NCBI GenBank assembly: GCA_964016885.1
Contig: OZ024743.1
Span: 180,854,001-180,918,000, forward strand
From: Eledone cirrhosa
Taxonomy: Eukaryota
Length of the DNA stretch: 64,000 bases
Reading direction: 5' to 3'
Part shown: positions 1-11,770 of the stretch, in pieces
Numbering within the stretch: the first letter of the stretch is position 1
How the letters are laid out: the number at the start of each line of letters is the position of its first letter
Program-made: the position numbers and the translations under genes
The notes under the pieces: model-generated
What the model saw: only the letters and a program-made list of their open reading frames with translations
The model's database searches: none
What the model was told of the DNA's origin: nothing

Positions 1-563
1 GTTGTAGTTGTTGTTGGTGGTGGTGGTGTTGTAGTTGTAGTTGTTGTTGTTGATGGTGGTGTTGTAGTTGTAGTTGTTGGTGGTGGTGTTGTTGTAGTTG
101 TTGTTGGTGGTGGTGTTGTTGTTGTTGTTGGTGGTGGTGGTGTTGTAGTTGTAGTTGTTGTTGGTGTTGTTGTAGTTGTTGTTGGTGGTGGTGTTGTTGT
201 AGTTGTTGTTGTTGGTGGTGTTGTAGTTGTTGTTGGTGGTGGTGGTGGTGTCGTAGTTGTTGTTGGTGGTGGTGGTGTTGTAGTTGTAGTTGTTGTTGGT
301 GGTGTTGTTGTTGTTGTTGTAGTTGTTGTTGGTGGTGTTGTTGTTGTTGTAGTTGTAGTTGTTGTTGGTGGTGGTGTTGTAGTTGTTGTTGGTGGTGGTG
401 TTGTTGTTGTTGTAGTTGTTGTTGTTGGTGGTGGTGGTGTTGTTGTAGTTGTTGTTGTTGTAGTTGTAGTTGTTGTTGGTGGTGGTGTTGTTGTAGTTGT
501 TGTTGTTGTAGTTGTAGTTGTTGGTGGTGGCGGTGTTGTTGTTGTAGTTGTTGTTGGTGGCGG

Positions 564-594
<31 letters not shown>

Positions 595-821
595 GTTGTT
601 GAAGTTGTTGTTGTTGGTGGTGTTGTAGTTGTAGTTGTTGGTGGTGTTGTAGTTGTAGTTGTTGTTGGTGGTGGTGTTGTTGTTGTAGTTGTAGTTGTAG
701 TTGTTGTTGGTGGTGTTCTAGTTGTAGTTGTTGTTGGTGGTGGTGTTGTTGTAGTTGTTGTTGTTGTAGTTGTAGTTGTTGGTGGTGGCGGTGTTGTTGT
801 TGTAGTTGTTGTTGGTGGCGG

Positions 822-852
<31 letters not shown>

Positions 853-2852
853 GTTGTTGAAGTTGTTGGTGGTGGTGTTGTTGTAGTTGTTGTTGTTGGT
901 GGTGTTGTAGTTGTTGTTGGTGGTGGTGGTGGTGTCGTAGTTGTTGTTGGTGGTGGTGGTGGTGTTGTAGTTGTAGTTGTTGTTGGTGGTGTTGTTGTTG
1001 TTGTAGTTGTTGTTGGTGGTGTTGTTGTTGTTGTAGTTGTAGTTGTTGTTGGTGGTGGTGTTGTAGTTGTTGTTGGTGGTGGTGTTGTTGTTGTTGTAGT
1101 TGTTGTAGTTGTAGTTGTTGTTGGTGGTGGTGTTGTTGTAGTTGTTGTTGTTGTAGTTGTAGTTGTTGGTGGTGGCGGTGTTGTTGTTGTAGTTGTTGTT
1201 GGTGGCGGTGTTGTTGTTGTTGTTGTTGGTGGTGGTGGTGTTGTTGAAGTTGTTGTTGTTGGTGGTGTTGTAGTTGTAGTTGTTGGTGGTGTTGTAGTTG
1301 TAGTTGTTGTTGGTGGTGGTGTTGTTGTTGTAGTTGTTGTTGGTGGTGGTGTTGTTGTTGTAGTTGTAGTTGTAGTTGTTGTTGGTGGTGTTCTAGTTGT
1401 AGTTGTTGTTGGTGGTGGTGGTGTTGTAGTTGTAGTTGTTGTTGTTGGTGGTGTTGTTTTTGTTGTAGTTGTTGTTGTTGGTGGTGGTGTTGTTGTTGTT
1501 GGTGGTGGTGTTGTAGTTGTTGTTGGTGGTGGTGTTGTAGTTGTAGTTGTTGTTGGTGGTGGTGTTGTTGTAGTTGTTGTTGGTGGTGGTGTTGTAGTTG
1601 TTGTTGTTGGTGGTGTTGTAGTTGTTGTTGTTGGTGGTGTTGTAGTTGTTGTTGGTGGTGGTGTTGTAGTTGTTGTTGTTGGTGGTGGTGTTGTAGTTGT
1701 TGTTGTTGGTGGTGTTGTAGTTGTAGTTGTTGTTGGTGGTGGTGTTGTTGTAGTTGTTGTTGGTGGTGGTGTTGTTGTAGTTGTAGTTGTTGTTGTTGGT
1801 GGTGTTGTTTTTGTTGTAGTTGTTGTTGGTGGTGGTGGTGTTGTTGTAGTTGTTGTTGGTGGCGGTGTTGTAGTTGTAGTTGTTGTTGGTGGTGGTGGTG
1901 TTGTAGTTGTAGTTGTTGTTGGTGGTGGTGTTGTAGTTGTAGTTGTTGTTGGTGGTGGTGGTGTTGTAGTTGTAGTTGTTGTTGTTGGTGGTGTTGTTTT
2001 TGTTGTAGTTGTTGTTGTTGGTGGTGGTGTTGTTGTAGTTGTTGTTGGTGGTGGTGTTGTAGTTGTAGTTGTTGTTGTTGGTGGTGTTGTAGTTGTAGTT
2101 GTTGTTGGTGGTGGTGTTGTAGTTGTAGTTGTTGTTGGTGGTGGTGTTGTTGTTGTAGTTGTAGTTGTAGTTGTTGTTGGTGGTGTTGTAGCTGTAGTTG
2201 TTGTTGGTGGTGGTGTTGTAGTTGTAGTTGTTGTTGGTGGTGGTGTTGTTGTTGTAGTTGTAGTTATAGTTGTAGTTGCTGGTGTTGTAGTTGTAGTTGT
2301 TGTTGGTGGTGGTGGTGTTGTAGTTGTAGTTGTTGTTGTTGATGGTGGTGTTGTAGTTGTAGTTGTTGGTGGTGGTGTTGTTGTAGTTGTTGTTGGTGGT
2401 GGTGTTGTTGTTGTTGTTGGTGGTGGTGGTGTTGTAGTTGTAGTTGTTGTTGGTGTTGTTGTAGTTGTTGTTGGTGGTGGTGTTGTTGTAGTTGTTGTTG
2501 TTGGTGGTGTTGTAGTTGTTGTTGGTGGTGGTGGTGGTGTCGTAGTTGTTGTTGGTGGTGGTGGTGTTGTAGTTGTAGTTGTTGTTGGTGGTGTTGTTGT
2601 TGTTGTTGTAGTTGTTGTTGGTGGTGTTGTTGTTGTTGTAGTTGTAGTTGTTGTTGGTGGTGGTGTTGTAGTTGTTGTTGGTGGTGGTGTTGTTGTTGTT
2701 GTAGTTGTTGTTGTTGGTGGTGGTGGTGTTGTTGTAGTTGTTGTTGTTGTAGTTGTAGTTGTTGTTGGTGGTGGTGTTGTTGTAGTTGTTGTTGTTGTAG
2801 TTGTAGTTGTTGGTGGTGGCGGTGTTGTTGTTGTAGTTGTTGTTGGTGGCGG

Positions 2853-2883
<31 letters not shown>

Positions 2884-4320
2884 GTTGTTGAAGTTGTTGT
2901 TGTTGGTGGTGTTGTAGTTGTAGTTGTTGGTGGTGTTGTAGTTGTAGTTGTTGTTGGTGGTGGTGTTGTTGTTGTAGTTGTAGTTGTAGTTGTTGTTGGT
3001 GGTGTTCTAGTTGTAGTTGTTGTTGGTGGTGGTGGTGTTGTAGTTGTAGTTGTTGTTGTTGGTGGTGTTGTTTTTGTTGTAGTTGTTGTTGTTGTTGGTG
3101 GTGTTGTTGTTGTTGGTGGTGGTGTTGTAGTTGTAGTTGTTGTTGTTGGTGGTGTTGTAGTTGTAGTTGTTGTTGGTGGTGGTGTTGTTGTAGTTGTTGT
3201 TGGTGGTGGTGTTGTTGTAGTTGTAGTTGTTGTTGTTGGTGGTGTTGTTTTTGTTGTAGTTGTTGTTGTTGGTGGTGGTGTTGTTGTAGTTGTTGTTGGT
3301 GGCGGTGTTGTAGTTGTAGTTGTTGTTGGTGGTGGTGGTGTTGTAGTTGTAGTTGTTGTTGGTGGTGGTGTTGTAGTTGTAGTTGTTGTTGGTGGTGGTG
3401 GTGTTGTAGTTGTAGTTGTTGTTGTTGGTGGTGTTGTTTTTGTTGTAGTTGTTGTTGTTGGTGGTGGTGTTGTTGTAGTTGTTGTTGGTGGTGGTGTTGT
3501 AGTTGTAGTTGTTGTTGTTGGTGGTGTTGTAGTTGTAGTTGTTGTTGGTGGTGGTGTTGTAGTTGTAGTTGTTGTTGGTGGTGGTGTTGTTGTTGTAGTT
3601 GTAGTTGTAGTTGTTGTTGGTGGTGTTGTAGCTGTAGTTGTTGTTGGTGGTGGTGTTGTAGTTGTAGTTGTTGTTGGTGGTGGTGTTGTTGTTGTAGTTG
3701 TAGTTGTAGTTGTAGTTGCTGGTGTTGTAGTTGTAGTTGTTGTTGGTGGTGGTGGTGTTGTAGTTGTAGTTGTTGTTGTTGGTGGTGTTGTTTTTGTTGT
3801 AGTTGTTGTTGGTGGTGGTGTTGTTTTTGTTGTAGTTGTTGTTGGTGGTGGTGGTGTTGTTGTAGTTGTTGTTGGTGGTGGTGTTGTAGTTGTAGTTGTT
3901 GTTGTTGGTGGTGTTGTAGTTGTAGTTGTTGTTGGTGGTGGTGGTGTTGTAGTTGTAGTTGGTGGTGGTGTTGTAGTTGTAGTTGTTGTTGGTGGCGGTG
4001 TTGTTGTTGTAGTTGTAGTTGTTGTTGGTGGTGGTCTTGTTGTTGTAGTTGTTGTTGTTGGTGGTGGTGTTGTGGTTGTAGTTGTTGTTGGTGGTGGTGT
4101 TGTAGTTGTAGTTGTTGGTGGTGGTGGTGTTGTTGTTGTAGTTGTTGTTGGTGGTGGTGGTGTTGTAGTTGTATTTGTTGTTGGTGGTGGTGTTGTAGTT
4201 GTAGTTGTTGTTGGTGGTGGTGGTGTTGTTGTTGGTGGTGGTGGTGTTGTTGTTGTTGTTGTAGTTGTAGTTGTTGTTAGTTGTGGTGTTGTAGTTGTGT
4301 TGTAGCAGTAATAGTAGTAG
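1..4320. repeat. Compound trinucleotide array (GTT/GGT/GTA)n with internal segmental duplications
   Basis: Almost entirely GTT, GGT and GTA triplets in one phase up to about 4277. Rare variants recur at fixed offsets of 2289 and 1440 bp. Confidence 0.97.
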
Positions 4321-4344
4321 TGGTTGTGTTACATACGATAGTAT

Positions 4345-4488
4345 ATTACTGGTACTTTATTTTATCGACCCCGTAAGGATGAAAGGCAAAGTTAACCTCG
4401 GCCGGATTTGAACTCAGAATGGCAAGGGCCGTAACTCTATGCTGGAAAGCATGGCGTTCGACCCTCTACCGATACTGCCAATCCACCG
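4345..4488 (-). mobile_element. tRNA-derived SINE, lacking its 3' tail
   Basis: The minus strand has A-box-like TGGCAGTATCGG and B-box GAGTTCAAATCC. It is closely similar to the copy at 5499-5691. Confidence 0.85.
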
Positions 4489-4679
4489 ATAGTTGTAATA
4501 ATGTTTAGGTTTTGAAACTACTGCAGATGCTGCTGCTGCTGTTGTTGTTGTTGTTGTTGTTGTTGTTTGTCTTGTTCTAGTACTAGCTGCTAGTGTTGCT
4601 AAGCCATATTTTGCTACGACTTCTACTGCCCCCCCCCCCCTGTCCCGTCCTCCCCCTCCTCCTCACCATCATCATCATA

Positions 4680-4945
4680 AAACTACTACTACAACTACTA
4701 CTACTACAACTGCTATTACTACTACTACAACTACTACTACTACAACAACTAGTACTACTGCAACTACTACTTCTACTACAACTACTACTACAACTACTAC
4801 TACTACTACTTCTACTACAACTACTACAACTACTACTACTACTACAACAACAACTAGTACTACTAACACTACTACTAATACTACTACAACTACTACTAAT
4901 ACTAATACTACTACTACTACTACTACAACAACTAGTACTACTACA

Positions 4946-4981
<36 letters not shown>

Positions 4982-5188
4982 GCGACTACAACTACTACTG
5001 ATGCTGCTACTACTACTACTACTACGACTACTACATATACTACTACAACTACTACTACTACTACAACTACTACTACTACTACTACAACTACTGCTAATAC
5101 TACTACAACTACTGCTACTACAACTACTACTACTACTACCACAACTACTACTACTACTACTAATACTACTACTACTAATACTACAACA

Positions 5189-5259
<71 letters not shown>

Positions 5260-5498
5260 AACTACTACTACTACTAATACTACAACTACTACTACTACTA
5301 CTACTACTAATACTACTACAAATACTACTACTACTACAGCTACTATTATTACTACTAATACTAATACTACTACTACTACCACTACTAATACAACTACAAC
5401 TACTAATACTACTATTACTACTAATACTACTACTACTACTACAACTACTACTACTACTACTAATACTACAACTACTACTACTACTACTACTACCTTAC
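4680..5498. repeat. (CTA/CAA/ATA)n compound microsatellite
   Basis: Direct reading. The poly-L and poly-V ORFs here are artefacts of the repeat. Confidence 0.97.
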
Positions 5499-5691
5499 TA
5501 ATAATAATTGTTTCTACTTTTGGCACAAGGCCAGAAATAACCCAGTGCATTACTGGTACTTTATTTTATCGACCCCGTAAGGATGAAAGGCAAAGTTAAC
5601 TTCGCGAGATTTGAACTCAGATCATACAGGGAGGTAACTCTATGCTTCAAAGCATGGCGTCCGACCCTCTACCGATACTGCCAATCCACCG
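5499..5691 (-). mobile_element. tRNA-derived SINE with 3' tail ending in (ATT)n
   Basis: Pol III A/B boxes in the head, a body shared with 4345-4488, and the tail GGCCTTGTGCCAAAAGTAGAAACAATTATTATT. Confidence 0.87.
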
Positions 5692-5982
5692 ACTCTTACT
5701 AATAATAATGTTTTCATTTATTGGCCACAAAGGCCGACATATAGGGGACAATACAAAAGACTGGGACAGTGGGGTTTTACAGAAAAATCGAGTAAATAAT
5801 ATGAATAAACAAAGTAACAATAACAAAGTAACAATAAAGTAACAATAAAATTACAAGAAAACATTCCCTAATAGGGGGGATGACCACCTAGGTTTCGCTC
5901 AGGTACCCCACCAGTCCTGAACGACCCGACGCTTCGAGAGCACCCTGGAAGGGCACCACCTCTCCTCTTCAAATTTACCTAT

Positions 5983-8900
5983 CTACAGCCGCATGACCAG
6001 AGTAGGCCCACTCACACGGACCATTCTCGCCACATTCACCCACCTTTCAGCAAATGTACTTGGGGGCAGCACTTCTCTCTCCACCCTCACCTTCCTTTCC
6101 AAGTGAAACTTGAAAAGGTTGATGAGGGATTGGCCGAAGAGGAAAGTGTCTGTCTTCAGTCCTTTCAACCTCGTCCACCATACAACCTCTTTCGCTACTG
6201 CCACCAGACAGAGGAAAATTGCCTGCCCTACCTGGCCAAAAGAAGGCGGCGGGTCGATCTTCACTATGGACTCGGCCGATAGCCGGATCCGTTCTACACG
6301 CGACAACAGCTGTTCAACATAACTCGACAAGTCAGTAATGCACGGACACTGGACGAGTGCGTGCCGAACGGTTTCGTCGCTCTGCGCGCATCTCGGGCAG
6401 GTCCGTCTGACAGCACTTCCGTGCCTGTAGAGTTTATCTCGAACCGGCAGTGCCCCCCGGTAGCACTGCCAAGCGAGGGATTTTGGGAAATTATCCATCG
6501 TCACCGGCTCGAAAGTCCTCCGGTACAGACTGGTTAGTTCGACTTTGTTGACTCCCAGAGCCTCTCCGAGTGCGTCGTCGCACTTTCCCACCACTAATCC
6601 TCTATAGAACTCGAGAGTGGAAGTTCCACTGACCGCATTGCCAGCCTGGTAGAGGGCAGTGAGTGCCTGGCAACATTCCAGATGCCAGTCACCCAGGACT
6701 GCAACTCAGTCAAAGAAACGAGCTGCGGAAAGGCCCGTCTGACAAACGGCGACCAAACCTGTTCAGCGTTTAGGCAGAATATCTGGAGATGCCGCAGCCT
6801 CAGCGCGTGCCTGCGCATCATTAGCCACGGCATGCCCAGCTCTCCATGTAGAGGGTTGCTGGCAGCATATGGACCGCCACACCAGCGGAACCTGACCCCT
6901 CCACAAGAATTTGAAGAGGAGCCGCTCCAAGATGGCGAGGAGCGAACGGAGGCAAGGGACGACAGTTAGACAGTAGTAGATGACGGACGCGATGTACGCG
7001 TTCGCCACCTCCGCCCGACCTTTCAGTGATAGCTTCATCCCGGCCCATTTCTGGGTGAGACTGACTACCCTGCCCGTCACCTCGTCCCAATTCTTATCCA
7101 CCTGGAGGTCTGGCCCGAACCAAACCCCTAGCAACTTTACCGGTCCGTCCGTCCAGCGCCTAACGACGCTGTTGGACGGCATGGACTTGCCTCTCCAGGT
7201 GCTGAGTTGCAAGCCTACTGACTTTTCCGGGTTAAGTTTTGCTCCCGTTAACCTTTCATATTCCTCCAATAAGTTGCCGACCACCTCGATTTCTGAGGTG
7301 TCCGACACCATCGCGGTGATGTCGTCCGCATAAGCTGACACAGCCTTTCCGCGTCCCGGTTCGAGCGGGATGCCCTGCAACAGCTCCAGCTGCCGCAGTA
7401 AAGGCTCGAGAGTCAATACGTACAGAAGGGAGGAGAGAGGGCACCCTTGACGGACCGATCGGGAGACCAGAAACGGTTCCGAGAGGTGGCCATTAATTTT
7501 TACCATCGAGCAGGTGCCGCTGTGCATTGCATCGATCCAGCTTCTGAAGACGGGGCCGAAGCCAGCCGCCTTGAGGACAGCCTCCAGGTATCGATGGTCG
7601 ACCCTATCGAATGCTTTTGATTGATCTAAATTGATCAGAGCCCCACCGAAGCCAGGTTTACACCCTACCCTCTCTATGATGTATCGCATTAGGTGGAGGT
7701 TGTCGTGTATTGACCTGTTTGGGATTGCGCAAGTTTGCGCCTCCCTAACCAAATCCCCGACGACAAGCGCCAACCTCTTCGCTAACACCCTGGCCAAAAT
7801 CTTAAACTCTGTGTTGAGCAAAGTTATGGGACTGAAATTGTCTAATGTGTCCCTCTTGTTCTCGTCTTTCCTTATCAGCGTCACTACGCCCCGGCTCACA
7901 GAACTGGGAATATTCCCGTTTTGCTGCCAGTTGCAGTAGAGGACTTCGAGGAGATTGGAGAACAAGTCGGACATATTTACGTAAAGCTCGTAGGGCAGCC
8001 CATCCAAACCGAGTGACTTGCGCCTCATGCAGCCGACAAGGGCATCCTGAATCTCGGCAGAAGTAATTGGCATTTCGCAGCGTCCAGCGTCAGCCGTCGA
8101 GAGTTGCGGCAAGTCATCGAGGTAGGGACTGAAGTCCGCCACCATCACTGACCCGCCACTTCCCCCGAACAACCGAGCAAAATGTTGGCGAAAGGCCTCA
8201 CGCATCCTCTCGGAATCGCTCAGCTCGTGCCAGTCAAAGACCGAATCGTGGTTTTATCACCACGCTGCGCCTCTGCCACGCAGGCCCATCGAACAGCTTT
8301 GGTTCCTTCGTTTCTCAGAGCACGCTCCTTAGCTCTGACAATGCCACCTTCGTGTTTCGCATTGAAGAAATGGTCTAATGACATTCTCGCCGCTAGCACG
8401 TCAGTTGCAATGCCACTACGAATGGCCTCGTCTAACTTATCTACCAACTCCCCCTCCTTTCTATTTTTCTCTAACGCTACTTCTTTGCTAAACTCTATCG
8501 ACATTACTCTAATCTCTCTTTTGAGAGCCCCCCACCATCTATTGTTGACGACTCCCCCTGTCAACTTTTTCTTAACTAAATTGTTGACCTGGTCCCTGTA
8601 AGCCTTACGTGCCGGAAATGACATGTTTAGCTTCCGGTAACCAGGTCCTAACCTACGCGTCTTATCTAGGTCGACCATACAGATCACAAAGTTGTGATCT
8701 GAATAGGCGACCGTTTCAAGGCGTGGACAGCTTACACTATTTCTGTCTATTTTCCTAATGAATATCCTGTCTATATACGATCTAGATGACCCTATGCGGT
8801 TAGCCCAGGTCGACACTGGCGCATTAGAGAAATCTATTCGGTACCTGTCAAACAGTTGGAACTGGCTGATTAGGTTCTTGAGGCTTTTGCACCCCCCGCT

Positions 8901-9373
8901 CCTATCGGATACTCCCACACAGTCCCAGCGTGTGTCTAAGATGCCGTTCCAGTCCCCCGCTAACAGTAAAGGGCGAAACGTACCCAGAAAGGCTTCCAGG
9001 CGTCTAAAGAAGTCCGGCCGTCCTTCCCCAGTAGGAGCATAGACGGCCACAAGTCTAAAGGCACCACCTTCGTTATTGTTCACGTCCAAGACCACCAACT
9101 TCCCGTCCGGGTCCCGGAAGATCGACCTTACCTCGAGATCCAGGCATTTCCTAAACAGCACTGCCACCCCGCCACCCATTCCCGGCCGGCTAACAGATGC
9201 AAAGATCTGATAGTAGTCGAAAATGGGGCTAGTGCGCGCGTCTCGGAAATCCTGGTCTCGCTGACTGCAATTACATCCATTTCTATAGACCTGAGGTCGT
9301 TGAGCAGGTGACCCTGCTTCCAGGACGATCCCAGGCCTCGAACATTTAAACATTCTACTCTTAATACGGCCAT
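5983..9373 (-). pseudogene. Tx1/L1 ORF2 (APE endonuclease + reverse transcriptase + C-terminal zinc-binding domain), frameshifted
   Basis: APE motifs LNVRGL, VSET, VYAP, AGDWN, IDRI and SDH. RT motifs GLDGLP, PITLLNTEFKI, LDQSKAFDRV, RQGCPLS and YADD. C-terminal CPRC..ETVRHALVQC. Split over ORFs 9128-9481, 8220-9353, 6763-8205, 6594-6833 and 5983-6594. Confidence 0.93.
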
Positions 9374-9404
9374 GTTGGCAGGATAAAAAGAGAGAGAGGA
9401 AGGT

Positions 9405-11352
9405 TTACTTACCTTCCGGGCTCTTGTGAAGGTCGGGTTGTTCGACCTCCATATTTGGTGGGGTTTCTTTTGGGAACCCATTTAAAAGTCATGAAGTGGG
9501 TTTTAATTCGAGGTTCCCACGTCCCGAGGAAAGCTGTCTCGTATTTCTTTGAATATGTCGAGTGATATTCGCACCAGAACCAAACCTTCCGGCACGCGAA
9601 ATGTGCTCGATTTAAGAATTTCCCCCTCTTTTTGTATATTTTCACTTCGTGCTACGAGGGCCATCAGTTCCTTGTTGGCCCTCCTGACGAGCACGAAGTT
9701 TTGTATGTTTTGTTGGTGTGATTTTATTTGTTTGCGTGGCTGTGGTGGTGATGGTTTTGGTGGTGTTGTTTCGGTTGTATCTGTGTTTGTTGTGAGTGCG
9801 GTGTCTGTGGTTTCAGATGTTTGTGTGTATATTTGTTCTTGCGTCCGTTTAGGTTGTTTGCGTTTGGGGGATTCTGGTGATGGTGATGGTGGTGTTGATG
9901 TTGGTGTTATTGGAGAGATGTTTGCGTGGGTGGTGTCTGCGTTTTTTATTGTGGGTGATTTTGTGCTTTGTTGAGTTTTTTTTTTTCTTTTTGTGTTTCT
10001 TCTTTTGTATTTTACTGGTAGATGAGGGGTCTGTGTCTGTAAGTGTGTCTGTATGTATGTTTATGGTTTCATTGGTGTGTGTATTTTGGGGGGAAGGGGG
10101 CATTTGACAGCTTTCCTCGTTTCCCCCCTGGGTGGTCAATGTTGGTGGTGGTCTTTCTATTGGTGTTGTTGTTGGTGGTTTTGCCGGTGCTGGTGTTGGT
10201 TGTGGTCCTCTCCCCGGCGTCGGCAACAGTGGAGCCTTTCGACCCCTTGCCTCTTTCAGCAGTTGAGGGCAGAAGGCTCGCAAATCGGTTTTTTCCCCAC
10301 AAACAAAACACTGCGGCCATTCTGAAGGCGGATGTGGTCCGAGATTGTCTTCACATTCTCGGGCCTGATCTGGAGAAGGATCTCCAGGTCAACCCCGGAC
10401 CAGTCCTCTCTGGCCGTTCTGGTCACTTCTATAGGGACGGTGTCCGTTCCCTCCACAATCACACATCCCAGAAGCCACCACATGTCAAGTCCTGGTGGGA
10501 CTCTGGGAATGCGGAGACAGGTCGTTCTTTTTCCCATGTGGGAGGGGTACATTATGACCTTGCTGGTTTTGCAAGGAGGCATAGCGTGTTTCATAGCGAG
10601 GGCTTCTGACTTGAACAACACCGAAATGGTGCCGTACTGTCTGCCCCTCTCTATGTACTGGGTGTCTTCTCTGATGCACCTCAGCGCGACTTCAACATCT
10701 TCTTGTGGGATTAAAGCTGCCCTTTTGGTTTGTGCTGAGATGCATCTATTATGCACCGTTCTGCGCTCCACTGCCTCAATAGCTTCTACCGGGACAGTTA
10801 AGTTGGCTCAGGTTTGCTCTTGCTTGATGAGCTTCCATGCCTGGGCCAACTTTTCATCTTTGTTTGAGAGGTCCATGTTGAAGCATGGCCTCTTTTTTGC
10901 TGCTGCCGCAGCGAAAGTGTTCTTCTTGTTTTCGTTGGGGGTGTTGTTGTCGTTGTTCTTGTTGGTGTTGTTGTTATCACTGTCGCTGTTATCATTGTTG
11001 TATTTGTTGCCACCGTTGTTCTCGGTGCAGTTGGTATTGTTGCTGTTGGTGTTGTCGCTATTTGTTTTCATGTCAGAGGTGATGATATTGTTGTTGTATT
11101 TGTTATTTTTTTTTGTTATCTGTATTTTTGTTGTCGCTGTTACTGTCATTTTTTTCAAAATTAGAGTTCTCATTGGTATCATTGGTGTCTTTGTTTACAT
11201 TGTTTGTGGTGGTGTTTGTGTTATCAATGTGTGTTAATTTCGCTGTAGCGCTCCTCTCAACTTCTACGTTGTTGTCGCACGACAGCCGACATATCGCTGG
11301 TGGGCGTGGCTCAGCCTTGTTATTTTTTCTTCGTAAATTTTTTTTTTAACAT
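9405..11352 (-). pseudogene. Tx1 ORF1 (Gag-like nucleic-acid-binding protein), frameshifted
   Basis: N/T-rich N-terminus and a TFAAAA motif. The core (10256-10771) is homologous to 46500-47070. Degenerate knuckle CFVCGEKTDLRAFC, poly-K tract, and a C-terminus MEVEQPDL matching MEIEQPDL in copy C. The start ATG at 11352 is inferred. Confidence 0.8.
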
Positions 11353-11527
11353 GTAAAATAAGTCGAAATATTTGGGCCAAAAGGCCCAAATATTATACTT
11401 TCCCCTTCACAGGGGAAAGTCTAAGGGCTTATATCCCTTACACAACAAGAAATATTTAACAACAAATAATTTTAACAGGCAAATAAAGCGACTTACTGGG
11501 AGCAAGCAAAATACGTCCGCTTAGACC

Positions 11528-11770
11528 AATAATAATAATAATAATGATTTCTTTATTGGCCACAAGGGCTGACATCAAGAAAAACATTACAGACGGCACA
11601 GGACGGTACGATGTGGTTTTTGTGCGTAATCGGAACGTCAGCAGCCCGTCTGAAGAAGGAGCCTTGCGAGGTGGGGAGGCTGCTGCAGCAGATGTCACTG
11701 GCCACTGTCCACAAAAATGCTTTTCCGGTTTTTGTCCGTGGGGCGTAGCTTCTCATTTTCTTCTGTTCTC
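11528..11770 (-). mobile_element. Element with a Tx1-type 3' tail, probably non-autonomous; 5' boundary uncertain
   Basis: Ends GATGTCAGCCCTTGTGGCCAATAAAGAAATC(ATT)n, similar to the last ~70 nt of copy A. Upstream sequence shows no recognisable ORF2. Confidence 0.6.

Larger units (their letters stand above)
5700..11527 (-). mobile_element. Tx1/L1-clade non-LTR retrotransposon (copy A), near full length, decayed
   Basis: Order on the minus strand is 5'UTR, ORF1, APE endonuclease, RT, Cys-rich C-terminus, then a 3'UTR ending GTGGCCAATAAA plus (ATT)n. (AAT)n lies on both flanks. Confidence 0.93.

Noticed and set aside
4072-5550. Poly-V/G, poly-L/Q and poly-V ORFs
   Set aside because: These are translations of trinucleotide microsatellites.
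4345-5691. tRNA genes
   Set aside because: A/B boxes are present but there is no cloverleaf. They continue into a shared SINE body and tail.
10332-11237. 301-aa hydrophobic plus-strand ORF and other antisense ORFs over Tx1, Helitron and Penelope
   Set aside because: These are shadow frames of the opposite-strand TE genes and of AAC-rich low-complexity sequence.
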